A stretch of DNA of 64,000 nt from the NCBI GenBank assembly GCA_002104945.1, contig MCFH01000018.1:62001-126000 (forward strand), written 5' to 3'. The notes beneath the pieces were generated by a model. The model was not told where the DNA came from. It was given only the letters and a program-made list of their open reading frames with translations, and searched no databases. The stretch is from Piromyces finnis finn (taxonomy: Eukaryota > Fungi > Neocallimastigomycota). Position numbers and translations under genes: made by a program. This document shows, one piece after another, positions 44,101 through 55,450 of this stretch (positions are counted from its first letter, which is position 1; each line of letters opens with the position of its first letter).

Positions 44101-46680
44101 GAAGCAAGTATTGGTGAAACTGCTGATATCAATGAAGAAAAATGCTTAAATAAGGATAACAAGGATGAAGTTACTGATTATGATTTATTGCAAACTCAAC
44201 TTATTAATTGTAAGGTTTCATTTAAGCATTTATTCAAGATATTATTAAAGGCTTGTCTTGATCACGATTTAGTATTTATTCATGATGATATAGATTCTAA
44301 TTCCATGACTTCGGAAATTCTTAGTGATGAAGCTAAAATTTTATTAAAAGTATTCAGTAAACAGTGGTTATTAAGTAATTCTTTCTTAGTTATTAGCTAC
44401 TTGGAAGAAGCTTTTGAGATGTATGTCAGCAATAGAATCCCAATTCATGTCGTTGTATCTACCTTTGACGTTTTATGCGACAACATGAAGAATGATGGAT
44501 GGTTACCAGTATACGAAAAACCACATATGATAGATTTATTTGAAAAAATGGTTGCCTATCACTCAAGACAGGTTTGTCATTATCGTGAATACTTCCCAAA
44601 GGGTGAGCCTAACGGTGTATTGGCTAGTGCTATATATCTTTGGAGAGCAATTTTCAAAAGTAAGGTTTATAGAGATAATCATCCAGAATTACCAATTAGT
44701 TTCCGTGAAGAAATTAGAACCCAAATAACAGAACATGTTGAAAATCGTTATACTAAACTTCTTGGTTTAAGTTCTCCATTTGTTGAAAATACTGAAGATA
44801 TTTTAATTGGTTTAGCTAAGTTAGCTGATTTAATTGTAGAGGATATTGAGGATGATTTAAATTACTACCAAGATGTTTTCAAAAAAACAGTAAATATTGT
44901 TCGTATATCTTCTCAAATTTATTTGAGAAACTTTATTAAAGAGTTAGAAAATAATTCAGATCGTTTAGCTAGTCAAGAAGCTCTCGATTCTAGTAAGGCA
45001 ACATTTGAACTTTATCGTCGTGTTCGTTTAATGGATCGTCAATATGCTACACTTATTCCAAGTTTAAAAAGAATATCGATGGGAAGTGGCTTCAATGTTG
45101 AAAAATGGTTCAATGATTTTGTCATTGCATGGTTAAAGGTTCAACAAGAAAGAACATTAGAATGGGTAAAAACAGCAATTGCAACAGATACTTTAGAAAA
45201 AACTTCCGATACTCAACCTTACTCTACTTCTGTCCTTGATCTTTTTGAAATTATGTTTGAAGAATTAGATCTTATTAAGGGATTAGAATGGAGTAATTCT
45301 GAACAATATAATGAATTTTTAACTGCTTTTGCCAGAATTGTTACCAGAGCCATTGAGCAATACTGTGATGCAATGGAAAAGAATGAAATGAAAAAAGAGG
45401 AAATTAATGTTGCTATGAAACGTCCAATTGATATTGCAAACAAATCTTGTGTAAAATTAAGTAATATTGAAAAATCAACTGAAAAATTAAATGAGCTCTT
45501 TAATAAAATAAAAGAATTAAATATAATAGATGATACAACAGAAACTAATACAAATAGTCGTCTATTTACAGAAGAAATTACAGGAACTTTCAGAATTGAA
45601 ACTATATATGCTGAGAATCTTAAACCATGTAACAAGAATGGTTTATCTAATCCATATGTTGTTATCAAAATTCCAGGTCAAGATAAAAGAAATGGTAATG
45701 AACTTGTAAAGACATCTATTATTAACGATTCACTTAATCCAAGATGGGATGAAACATTCCAGGTTTCTATTGTTCCAACAAAGACATTAGAAGTTATTGT
45801 ATACAATAAAACTTCTTTCCTTTCTTCAGATGCCATCATTGGTAAGAAGAATATTCATTTCAGTTCTAGATGGTGTGATCATCAAACTCATGAACTTATT
45901 GTTAAACTTGAACCACAAGGTCGTCTTTTAATTCGTATTACTATGGACGGAGAAGGTGAAAACTTATCATTCTTCTTTAAGAAGTCCAAGCAGAGATTAT
46001 TACGTACATCAAATGATTTTGTCAGAGAATTAGTTTATCGTATTACACCATATATCAAAGATACCTTTACTAAGATTATAAAAAAGAATGATTCTCAAAA
46101 TAATGTACAATTAGCAAATGTTTATACATATAATGTTGTACCTTTAACCATATCTGGTAGAATAGCAAATAAACCTATTTCTCAAGATGAAATTGATAAA
46201 GAATTGCAGCCAATTACTGACTATTTGAATAAAAATTTGGAAACATTATGTAATAATTTAAGTACAAAGATGGCTCAAAAGGTTATTATTGAAATATGGT
46301 GTGAAGTTTTAAGTATGTTAGAAACATCTATGATTCCACAACTCTATGGTGCTATCGAACGTGATAGAAAATTTTTGAATATTCGTCAAGTTAGTATTGT
46401 AAAATCTTCTCTAGAAGTATTTTTCGATTTCTTCCATTCTGATGGTGATGAACTTGGTATACCTAAATCAAAACTTTTAGAATATCCAGTTTATGATGAA
46501 ATTAAATTAATTAGTCGTGATTATCACCTTAAAATTAGTGAGTTAATTGAAAAATATGAACAGACCAAAAAGATTTATATTTTAAGAATATTAAGAATTC
46601 ATGGACAAACATACGACTCTAAAATATTACGTGAAAAAGCAAGCAAATTTGTAAATAAAGAACTTGAAAATATTAATTAA
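41191..46680 (+). CDS. Munc13/BAIAP3-like C2-MUN(MHD1)-C2-MHD2 protein, single exon, 1829 aa
   Basis: Long disordered Ser/Pro-rich N-terminus. First C2 domain: IIVKVVKAEGLVASKDGKARNPYCEV...IAVWD...DEFLG. A helical MUN region includes GFNVEKWFNDFVIAWL and WVKTAIATD...YSTSVLDLF. Second C2 domain: FRIETIYAENLKPCNKNGLSNPYVVI...SLNPRWDETF. MHD2-like region: LQPITDYLNKNLETLCNNL...VIIEIW...FFHSDGDELG. Confidence 0.85.
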   Translation: MFHRKSKKVQKQAQKQAQEASIQNISLPVSINYGSFSASQPTYGSTFSASQPTYGSYNGLISPTLSGMNGLVSPNLTGLNGYGMTSPYNGAFSLSQPVNSPLLSPLTSPVMNPHYNKVGSPTHFVLNPSDSRMASPPPPPPHNNFSSILRSSSVNDSMLNRRMVSPPPRNRSDRTSRSIERPARSVSVRNQDFIYKSDASKNMGSMQRGRPLSRELDPRNPLFQGIGRSHSELAPSVNQRPPRERPVTPKSNANISFSSDRSHQSRYNEIKSRTAAGEYSILSDLSFANGERYNRKYGHGRNESSSSVTSNNLGSSYKPIPDPIKRPRSENNNSKATQFTRRGKSEPRRSSKHGYHNSETNLDFLDDYFKDAMKRSSKTTDSSYSTIEIKDDRQSITKGTKNNSVSKHYVEESPIINYNRNTFVNDSSIGRDFGIKIKNNKETKLNENNIRDNSKSSKVKPKPFSLNMDDFFSSLENEIDSTINSTFNTAQSLKANKLEDVVEVEEEDFTEPIIEDNVDPKKAKRISNDVLGLVLATNDKSQKSQPEIIIEDEEPDTEDEDEDDGRMYINQIISKSLPEDFSFSPKTWEDRYNLSIDNYLKKDNQDNKISIVVSDTENNEKSILKINTNPDILTKNETKDLLSATTIDEKPSKPLSPLGRSDSRNSNKKWSTDGKVSSPFTRFSQPVTPTSPFTGTFSENESTDIIVDGLSQDDVGNTSLGNISTASGKSGVLKSFLLSDIADIIENEQDVDTLNISPDYRDNFIEYLISQKYDDPKEDDFITTEGYYSWEEKTEKRPFVDVMAQLVDYRFSQEWVEEQEKKKKNIKSSTKASEDSSVEISIIVKVVKAEGLVASKDGKARNPYCEVKFDGNTFHTEKCENTHKPFWNQHLEIKAKNLTEAIDIAVWDKKTKDKKKIWKKDQGDEFLGHIKFSISDLINQFAREGYISKWYDLGKRQDKKDKYAGGKILIEASIGETADINEEKCLNKDNKDEVTDYDLLQTQLINCKVSFKHLFKILLKACLDHDLVFIHDDIDSNSMTSEILSDEAKILLKVFSKQWLLSNSFLVISYLEEAFEMYVSNRIPIHVVVSTFDVLCDNMKNDGWLPVYEKPHMIDLFEKMVAYHSRQVCHYREYFPKGEPNGVLASAIYLWRAIFKSKVYRDNHPELPISFREEIRTQITEHVENRYTKLLGLSSPFVENTEDILIGLAKLADLIVEDIEDDLNYYQDVFKKTVNIVRISSQIYLRNFIKELENNSDRLASQEALDSSKATFELYRRVRLMDRQYATLIPSLKRISMGSGFNVEKWFNDFVIAWLKVQQERTLEWVKTAIATDTLEKTSDTQPYSTSVLDLFEIMFEELDLIKGLEWSNSEQYNEFLTAFARIVTRAIEQYCDAMEKNEMKKEEINVAMKRPIDIANKSCVKLSNIEKSTEKLNELFNKIKELNIIDDTTETNTNSRLFTEEITGTFRIETIYAENLKPCNKNGLSNPYVVIKIPGQDKRNGNELVKTSIINDSLNPRWDETFQVSIVPTKTLEVIVYNKTSFLSSDAIIGKKNIHFSSRWCDHQTHELIVKLEPQGRLLIRITMDGEGENLSFFFKKSKQRLLRTSNDFVRELVYRITPYIKDTFTKIIKKNDSQNNVQLANVYTYNVVPLTISGRIANKPISQDEIDKELQPITDYLNKNLETLCNNLSTKMAQKVIIEIWCEVLSMLETSMIPQLYGAIERDRKFLNIRQVSIVKSSLEVFFDFFHSDGDELGIPKSKLLEYPVYDEIKLISRDYHLKISELIEKYEQTKKIYILRILRIHGQTYDSKILREKASKFVNKELENIN

Positions 46681-47416
46681 AAATAATTTATAAAAATACA
46701 AAACATAAAACAAAAAAAACAAAAACAAAAACAAAACGATGAAAACACATTTTTATTATTATAAAACTTCATTATTCAAAACTTTTTTATACAATTAAAT
46801 TAAAAATTAGTATAACAACACATAAAAACAACACAATTTACAGAAAAATAAAAATAAAAAAGAAATAATAAAAGAATAAGAAAAAAAAAAAAAAGAAAAG
46901 AAAAAAGAAATAATAATATTATTAAAATAGAATAATTTTATAGATAAATATAATTATTATAAGGTTATTTTTTTATTATCTTTTATCATTATTATTAATA
47001 TTTTTATAGATAAGATAATAGTTTTTTTTTTTTTCCCTATTTTTATTATTAATATAAGAAAAATATGTATAAATTACCTTTTATAATTATAATTATATAT
47101 AGTAGTAAGTTTTCATTTAATATAATTTTATTATATCTTTTTCTTTTTAATGATAATGCTCTTTATTTTTTAATTTATAAAAATATAAATAAAAATATAA
47201 AAAAATAAAATTTATATCTTATTTCTTGTTTTTTTATTTTTTAATTTTATTTTATTTTATTTTTTTTATATAGGTATTTATAAACTGAAATTATATAGTC
47301 ATTTGTTATTCTTTTTTATTATCATAATTATTATTAAGTATTAAAGAAATTTTTAATAAACAAGTAAATATTTTTTTTTTTTTTTACATTTTATATGAGT
47401 GATGAGTGATTTTAAA

Positions 47417-47640
<224 letters not shown>

Positions 47641-47739
47641 AAATAATAATATTAGTAATGATAGCAATAGTGAAGATAATAATTCTAATTTAGATAGTAA
47701 TTTAGTTAATGATAGTAATAGTTCTAATAATCCGGTGAA

Positions 47740-48127
47740 TATTAATGTGTATGATTATTCTAGTGTGTGCAGTAAAATATTTAAATTCCTTCTTGGGGGA
47801 AGAAGTTTTAACAATATCAATTACAATTCAAGGGAATGGAAAGAACTTTGTAAGCGTCAGATTCAATCTGGTACTAATGAAGGAACACCATTCTTGACGG
47901 TAACCGCGGAACTTCTAACCAAAATCATGCCTTTTGCTATTGGCCAGCATGGTCAATGTTCAAAAGGTTTGAAGCAACATCCAAGAGCGTCAATGCTGAA
48001 GAAACAGTAAGACAGGCCAGGAGGGCCAGCGCAACCAATGGAGATCATAATTTTGTTCCATGACAAAATTTTGATCTTTGGCTCGGTGTCCCATTGGAAG
48101 TCAAATACAATTATTATACTTTAGTAT
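47740..48127 (+). pseudogene. GC-rich (~45-48%) degenerate coding island of unknown origin
   Basis: Much higher GC than host genes or flanks. Two overlapping + frames look protein-like (..IFKFLLGGRSF..REWKELCKRQ.. and ..NHAFCYWPAWSMFKRF..NFVP*QNFDLWLGVPLEVKY), consistent with a frameshift and an internal stop. Confidence 0.35.
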
Positions 48128-48297
48128 GATAGTGGCTTTCTTACTTTAATTAAAATTACTAGAATATATTATACCCAATTTTTATTCATTTGTGTTTATT
48201 TAAACATATTTTTTTTATTTTTATTTATTTTTAATTTTTTATTACATGTATTATAATTTTAATTAAATTAATAATAAAGTTTAAAATATTTGATGCC

Positions 48298-48332
<35 letters not shown>

Positions 48333-48554
48333 AAAAATAAATAAAATTTTATTTGTTTTTAAATACTTTTTATTAATTAATTATTTCTTATTAATCTTAT
48401 TATTTATTATTCTTATTATTAATAACAAGAATAATAATAATCTATCTTCTTTCTACTACAATTAATGGTAAAGTAAATTTATCATACTCTTTATAACTTA
48501 ATAACATATTAACATAAATATTGTTCAGGAATTAAAAAAAAAAAAAAAAAAAAA

Positions 48555-51500
48555 TTAAATTAAATCTAAATAATGATAAAGTTCCTCAAGAGACATATCA
48601 TTTATATCAGATTTATATAAACGCTTAAATAAATTTTGACTAAACCAAAGCCTATTTTTATTATAATATATATGAATTATTATTTACTATTTTCTTTTTT
48701 TTTTACAAAGAAAAATATAATATAGTATTTACTTTACCTTTTATCATCAATATTTTTTTGAATACTATTTTCAAGTTCCTTTGATTTCTTAACCGCTACA
48801 TCTGTAATACATTTAGGTATATTGGCCAACATAGCTACATTTATACTTTTAATAAATAAATAAATAATATATAATGAATAATTTATATTTATTTTTATAG
48901 CAGCAATTTAATTTTTTTGTACTACTTACCCATATGATTTATCGGTTATGCCTCGAACAATTTTATATAAAAATATTATTTTATTTTCATTTTCTTTAGA
49001 AATAAATATATATATAAATATTAAAATATATTATTATATTATCAATTAATATTTACTTGTATTTTTAATAATATTTTAAATTAAGTTTTTTGTATGTTAT
49101 TTTTTATTCTTCTTTTTTTACCTTCTTTATCTTCAACATAATTCATATAAAAATTATGACATTGTGAGAATTTAGATTCTAAACTACCAAGAGTCGAAAA
49201 ATGTGTAATAAATAAAGTAGTAGCATTTATCTATTCAATATAAATAAAATTATATATTAGTATTTATTAAATATATATACATTCTTATTTTATTTTAATA
49301 TTATATTAAAATAAAAAAAAAAAAAATTTATTATTTAAAAATTAATGGTTTAATAATTAATGCTAATTTAATTTATTAATCTTTTTTTATTTAATAATGA
49401 AATTTTACATTTTCTAATATATAACTTAGGGTAGAATAAGCCAATGCAATACCATCATATGTTGAAGTTCCTCGTCCAAATTCATCTAATATAATTAATG
49501 ATCTTGGTGTAGCATATTTTAAAATATTAGAAGTTTCTTGTAATTCCACCATAAAAGTGGACTGTCCCTCTTATATATATAAATATATATAAAATAAAAA
49601 TTAAATTGTGTAATTATTAAGTTCTATAAATTGAAAAACACATATACATATATATATAGAGCTTACTCATAATATTATCTTGTGCACCCATTCGAGTATA
49701 AATACCATCAAATAAACCTAATTTAGCATATTTAGCTGGAACATATGATCCCTTAACCATAAAGTAAATGATAATAATAATAGTAACAACAATAATAATT
49801 GTATAAAATGAAATATATTTTTTTAAAAATAAAAAAAAAAAATTAATTTTGTTATCCTTTAAACTAACATTACATTAATATATATATTATTAAAAATTAT
49901 AAGAGTGTACTTACAATCTGACTTAAAACTACAATTAATGCTACTTGTCGAACATAATTTGATTTTCCTCCCATATTTGGGCCAGTAATAATCATGCATT
50001 TATTTTCATCCTTTTAAAAATAGTTATAAATATATTTATAATAAGTTTATATTAAAACAGAAACAAGTATTTAATATTTTGTTCTTTTTTACTCACATTT
50101 AATAAAACATCATTAGGGACATAAGTTGCTTTGTTTACTTCTGTTATTGGATTACGTCCATCTTTAACCTCAATAATGTTTTCTTCCGAATATATAGGTT
50201 TAACATAACCTGGTTGAGTAGCAACAATTGCTATTTTTATTAAGAATTAACATTTATATATATACTTATAATTTCAGTTATTTTTAAATTCATATATGTT
50301 ATTTGTAATTTACATAAACTTAGAAGACAGTCAAGAATAGAAAGCTTATTTACTACATTTTTAAATTTTTCATAATCATCTGTAAAATGACTAAAAATTT
50401 TGAAATGAATTAATAAAATTTATGGCAAATAATGAAATAAATACAAAATTGAATATATATATTATAGATTACTTACTTTAAAAAATCTTTATATGCTAGA
50501 TTACATTCTAATAATAATTTTTCACTATATAAGTCTTTTTCTTTTAACTTTTTTTCAATAAATGGAGTGCGATATCTAGAAAATGTTTTGGTACTTTTTT
50601 TTTATTCATAATAATATTTTATTAATCTATTAACAACAAATTATAATAACAGTATATATTAATAATTTTTATTTTTACTTGTTAATTTTTATCCAGTCAA
50701 GAGGTAAATTTTTGCATTGTGTTGTTCTAAATTCTAATAAATACTATTAAATATATATATATATATAATAAGGAAAAGTAATATTAAAATATATTATCAT
50801 TATTTATATACTAAAACAAAACCACATTACACTAATTAATATATACGTTTTTTGCACTTTATATATAATTTTACTTATTAATCTCACTACATAACTATGA
50901 TTTTTTTTTAATTACCTCAATACCTGAAACAGATATATATTCTAAATTTGGTTTATGAATTTTCTTTCGAATTTCACATAAATGATCATCTAATTCTTTT
51001 TTTATATTATCAATAACCTATTGAAATAATAAAATACAATAAAAAAAAAAAAAAAAAAAAAAAAAAATGATTTATTAAATTTTATAAAATTTAAAAAATA
51101 TATATATATATATATTGATTATAGCATTTTAATAACGATTAGAATAAATAAATACCCCTTTATAAGTTCTGATATTAGGATATTGACTAGTATCTCTTAA
51201 AAAATTCAATACATCATTTTCTTTTGCTTGAGAAATATTAATTTTTCCGAGATATTTTAATAATAAATGTGGTATTGATATTGATGTTATAATTTCCTTT
51301 AATAAGGGTGAATTAATAGTGCATGGTATATCATCTTCTGGAAATGTATTTGAAATTTTATCAAAAGCTATTAAAGTATCAACAAGTTCTGATAATGAGC
51401 ACTAATCATAAAATTATTAATAATTATTAAATATATTCCTAAGTTTATATATTTATCGATATAATTTATATAAAAACTATAACAAATTAGTATAAATATG

Positions 51501-52257
51501 CTATTAATATTTAGACTTACTCTTTTATAAAATATATGACACAATGCTTTCTCAATATCTGGTATAGAACTAAGTAGTTTTTTTAACTTTTCAAAGTTAC
51601 TGGTTTGAATAATTTCACCATTTATCAATTCTTCTACTGCATTTATTCTCTCATTTAATAAACTATTTTATATTATAATAGAATAAAACATGTAAATTAA
51701 TAATTATGGATAAATAACGAAAATAATAATATTTCTATTGTTTATTACTTTATATTAACTAATGGCTTTTCGATCCATTTTTTTAAAAGACGCCTTCCAA
51801 ATCTATAATTAAAATTGTAATAAATATATGACAGTTAAAAAATAAATATATATTCATGATAGAAATATATATATATTAAAAACTTACTTTGATTTAGTAT
51901 TATCAATTAATTCAAATAGAGTTCCTTCATAATTATTATCTTTTGAATTTCTAAAAATTTCCAAATTAGTAATTGTATTTCCATTGAGTGTTAAATAATT
52001 TCTATTTATACAATATATTTAAATATGAAAATATGTTTATTTATGATAATGAAGTATTTTAGATTTTTATGATAATAATAATAAAGGATAAAGATTATTA
52101 TATAGTACATTTATTACTTTTGCTCAAATGATGAAAAATTGTTTGGTATATATAAAACACTTTCTAATTTAAATTCCTTTAAATATTTCAGAAGAGCGTT
52201 GATACAAATTAAAATATTACTATTATGTGATGTTCCCTTTTTAAACTCTAACATAAT

Positions 52258-52293
<36 letters not shown>

Positions 52294-52532
52294 TATATAT
52301 ATATATATATACATAAATATTAATATTTAATAAAAGAAATTGCTATTTATTATATCTTATACATAATAAATAAATGAATTATAATAACCATCAAGAATAG
52401 ATATAATTTTTTCCAAATAAGAGCTTTCATTATAAAATTTTTTAATTTCATCATAGGCTTCGTCAACATGTTTAAAGAAAGTTTCAGATCGCTCAATTCT
52501 TATGCTTTCATTTGAAAATCCTATTCTATATA

Positions 52533-52563
<31 letters not shown>

Positions 52564-54358
52564 GAAAATATAAAATATATTATATATATAAAAGAAATAA
52601 TATACCCATTCACTGATATATTTGAAATTATTTTCTCAGTTTCATTAGATAACGTGGATGGTAGTAATAATTCAGACGGTAACATGTGAACAAGTCGGGT
52701 TTCTAATTTATTACGAGTGAAGTCATCTTGAAATGAATCATAAATAATTGAACCTGCTGATAAATCAACAGAAACAATACTTATTGAAGTTTTTTCTATT
52801 AAAGCATTAGGATTTTTTTTTGTATTTTCATAAATACATACTAAGGTGGAAGAAAGTGATTGATTTTCAAGAGAACTATCACTATCACTAGATACATGTA
52901 ATATTTTGATAAAGAAATAATAAATCGATTAAATTAAGAATATAAAAGGGTTATAAATACAAAGAAAAATAATATGAAATTGATTAAAAATAACAACTAT
53001 TCAATTAAATTATACATTTAAAGTATGAATTAAATATAATTAAAAAATAAAATGGACTTAGAATCAAATATAAATATATGTTTAAGGATATCATCAATAA
53101 AAGTACTTTTGGTATATATTTTTGTTAATTCCCTAACAAAGGGTTTATTTTTAGAGGAAGATTCAGCTTTTATTGCACTTGTTTCCAATTGATTAACAAT
53201 CCCAATTTTATATCCAAAACGAACCAGCCTTTATATAGAGTATTGATATTAACAATGTTTTATAAATAAATAAATAAAAAGGAATTATACATATTTTGAC
53301 AAAAATTATTAGAAGGTGACAATTTATATAATATAATTTTATAAATTAATAAGTGAATAAAAAATATAAATATATAAATTATAAATTTTAATAAATTTCA
53401 GAGTGGAATGTTTTTAAATAAGAATCTGGGGAGGAATAAATAGGAATAAATAAACATAATGAAAAAAATAAAAATCTATTTTCAACTTCAAAAAAAAAAA
53501 AAAAAAAAAAAAGCAAACAGCATTTAATAATAAAATAAAGATTTAAGTAATAAATAATTAACAGTTTTTGATGGCTTATTTTTACTTTCTTAAATGAATC
53601 ATTAATCTATGAACAGGGATTACAGCTGAATAAAAATTATGGTCTTTATAGCAAGTTATACCTAAAACCTTTGATACAGTCTTAATTTATCATTATTATT
53701 ATTTAATAAAGAATATTTATAATTAAAATATTGAACATTTAAAGTTATTATTTTCTATCTTATATAAGTAGCTTCATTTTCAATTTACCAATGCATCATC
53801 ATCAAAAAAGCGATATTTGTATCCTACTTCAATTGCTAATAATGTATTAGGATTTTTCTTTTTAATTTCTAAATATTGTTGTTCCAGTGGTGTATATACA
53901 ATTTTTTTTGATGCTTTCGATTCAGTTGATGAAATACTTGAATTAAATTTGGATAAATCACCAATATTTAGATAAGATTTATTTGAATTAATTTTTAAAG
54001 TACTCTTATCTGTTTCTGTTAATAGTGTTGTGTTAGAATCACCAATTGTATTTTTATTAGTTGGTTTATGGCTAATAGTAGTGAATTTAAATTTTTGTAA
54101 TGCATTATGATAACTCTTATAAATATTTCTTCTTTTATTTGATATAGAAACATCAGTGTTTTTTTCTGATATATTTACTTCTATTTCTTCAGAAGCAGAA
54201 CGTTTTAATGAAACTTTTGAATCATGTACTTTTTTAAATTGACTAAGATTGATATTAGAATAGGAAGGCAACTCATTAACTGTTTTTTTTGTTTTTGGTG
54301 TTTTAAAAAAAGAAGAAATGGTTGCCTGTTTAAATTCTTTTTTACTATTGTTACTCAT
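48555..54358 (-). CDS. MSH3: DNA mismatch repair protein MSH3 (MutS-beta)
   Basis: N-terminal PIP box QATISSFF and domain [36 protein letters not shown]. The ATPase region includes [53 protein letters not shown]. Multi-exon, stop at 48555-48557. Confidence 0.95.
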
Positions 54359-55450
54359 ATTATATATATATATTCATTTCTTGAATAAATTGTTTAATAA
54401 TAACAATGATTCAATACAAATTTGATTAATTAATAATATTTTTAAAAGTTAAATAATTAACCATAAAATTGATATTTAAATAAAAAATAATATTAATATA
54501 ATAAATTTATATTTAATTAATCCAATCATACTAATATATACTTTTTAAAAACCTTATTTATTAATATATTAATTTATATTAAAGATATCTTTAAAAATAT
54601 ATTAAAAGTTTTGAAAAATAGACTCGATGTAATTATTTTTGACATATTTATTTATAATTATTATTATTATTAATTATTCATATGATACTAGAAATAATGA
54701 TTTTATATAACAAAAATTTCTTTTTCTTTTTTATCATTTTTTAATATTATATGTAATTAAATAAGCTATCAATTGAAGCTTTACCTGCATATTTTTGACA
54801 CATTTTAATAAATTGATAAGTAAATCATTAATACTAATAAATATATAAGAATAAATAAATAAAAAAAAAAAGTTTCTTTATATAATAATATTTAACATGT
54901 TTGTTTTATATATGATGAATAAATTATAAAGTGTATTGTTTTATTTAATTTTCTTTTTTTTTTTACCTTTATAGTCAGTAATATATATTGATTATAATCA
55001 TATATAAATTACATGATATTGAATCTCTATATTAATTTATATTTATTTTGTTTGTTTATTATTTTTTTATTTTTTATTTTTTTTTTATTTTTTTATTTTT
55101 ATTTTTAATTTGTATTGCAATAAACGTTTATTATATAAAGTAAATATAATAATATATACTATTATTTTTCTCGAGCATTTTTAATTTTTTTTTTCCATTT
55201 TTTTATTCTTTAATTTATAAATTTATAATATACAATTTAAAATTACTGCTCATTAGAAATGATTTTAATATAAAAGATAAAACAAAAATATAGAATAAAA
55301 TAAAATAATAAATAAATAAAATTCTTTTGAATAATTCAAGATATTTATATATATATATATATTTGTAAATATTGAGTATTCTTGAATAAAAGAAATTATT
55401 GTTATTATTATAAAAATATTATAAATAAAAAAAAATTAAGAACAATAGCT

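Noticed and set aside
42337-45668. Several antisense or alternate-frame ORFs inside the Munc13-like gene
   Set aside because: These are expected shadows of a long coding region with biased codon usage and show no recognisable motifs.
48050-48080. Minus-strand KIKILSWN resembling the start of a LINE AP-endonuclease
   Set aside because: The following residues do not continue the motif (no NVxG or later catalytic motifs) and the frame has stops.
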